Positions 63,631-64,000 of a stretch of DNA of 64,000 nucleotides are shown piece after piece. The stretch comes from an uncultured bacterium. Lineage in GTDB: Bacteria; Actinomycetota; Acidimicrobiia; Spongiisociales; ZC4RG35. Below the pieces are notes generated by a model. The model had not been told where the DNA came from. It ran no database searches and worked only from the letters and a program-made list of their open reading frames with translations. The translations under genes were made by a program, and so were the position numbers. The first letter of the stretch is position 1; each line of letters opens with the position of its first letter. The stretch is from NCBI GenBank assembly GCA_963785075.1, contig CAWATW010000006.1, forward strand, positions 356,412 through 420,411. Reading direction: 5' to 3'.

Positions 63631-63853
63631 GCGATTCTTCGGCACCGGCATCGGCTTCTGCCACCACGGGATGGGCACGCACGAAGTCGAATACCTCGTC
63701 ACGGAAGAACTTGAAGGTCCGGCCGCCCGGAAGCTTGTAGGCGGGAATCCGACCCTCCCGTGCGTATCTGCGCACCATCTGGATGTTCATTCCCAGGAGA
63801 TCGGCGACCTGGGAAGCGTCGAGGATCGGCGGGAAGTCTTCGAGGTCTGCCAC
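63608..63853 (-). CDS. excisionase/MerR-like helix-turn-helix DNA-binding protein
   Basis: ORF track, 81 aa. GTG start with AAGGAGG 6 nt upstream. LDASQVADLLGMNIQMVRRYAREGRIPAYKLPGGRTFKFFRDEV fits the excisionase-family HTH pattern. Confidence 0.7.
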   Translation of the reverse strand: MADLEDFPPILDASQVADLLGMNIQMVRRYAREGRIPAYKLPGGRTFKFFRDEVFDFVRAHPVVAEADAGAEESLNEIDAS

Positions 63854-64000
63854 GTCATGCCTCCTTCTGGTCGTGCGTGTCGTCGTGTCCGCTTGGTTGC
63901 TCTGGTCGTGCCTGCAGGTTCAGCTCAGTCCTACTCCACGCAGCGCCCACGCGACATGTGGCGTTGTGTAACGATAGCAGAAAGCTGTTGAAGATGTGGG

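Noticed and set aside
1-64000. Mobile elements (IS, integrase, prophage) as an explanation for the 47-51 kb rearrangement
   Set aside because: No transposase, integrase or recombinase-like ORF, and no terminal inverted repeats, were seen anywhere in the window. The only excisionase-like HTH (63608..63853) is 13 kb away, next to the tad operon.

Overview
High-GC, densely coding bacterial chromosomal window: about 75 protein genes and 1 tRNA. I found no rRNA, CRISPR array, transposase or integrase. The gene content includes a DevR/DosR-type two-component pair, CofC/FbiD plus F420-type enzymes, DUF3105 and an LmbE/PIG-L deacetylase. Many genes use GTG/TTG starts with GTGA/ATGA overlaps. Together this suggests an Actinomycetota-type genome (inference). 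Layout: (1) 1.4-12.9 kb holds a hypoxia/dormancy-like module: DosR-like regulator, GAF kinase, CBS protein, two tandem paralogs, a CtpF-like P-type ATPase, ldhA, USP, PPOX-like protein and ppdK. (2) 12.9-36 kb is mostly housekeeping: meaB, nfu, spoIID, murA, rpiB, nagA, dsbB/tlpA, tRNA-Glu, gltX, serA, S9 peptidases and pgpA. (3) 36-47 kb holds F420-related and detoxification genes (LLM oxidoreductase, cofC, ArsR-CadI-MFS). (4) 47-56 kb is a rearranged region: prmC, a 2-gene cassette, a chimeric ORF and transporters. (5) 56.5-63 kb is a Tad/Flp pilus operon. Most noteworthy observations: (a) An AhpD/CMD-family gene has an in-frame TGA exactly at the second Cys of its CxxC motif, followed by a SECIS-like hairpin, making it a candidate CxxU selenoprotein. 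(b) A family of intergenic heptanucleotide tandem arrays shares a GGAC(T/C) core. One array is five perfect GGGGACT units, each containing a DosR half-site and identical in sequence to the cyanobacterial STRR1 unit. The arrays sit upstream of ldhA, an LLM oxidoreductase and an S9 peptidase. (c) A 344-bp diverged direct repeat creates a chimeric ORF that fuses a PrmC N-terminal fragment to the C-terminal domain of a TadG-like protein. 17 of its 19 substitutions are synonymous. (d) Two genes (an S9 peptidase and a glycerate kinase) are each interrupted by a single extra nucleotide. All functional calls rest on motif recognition by eye; no database search was run.
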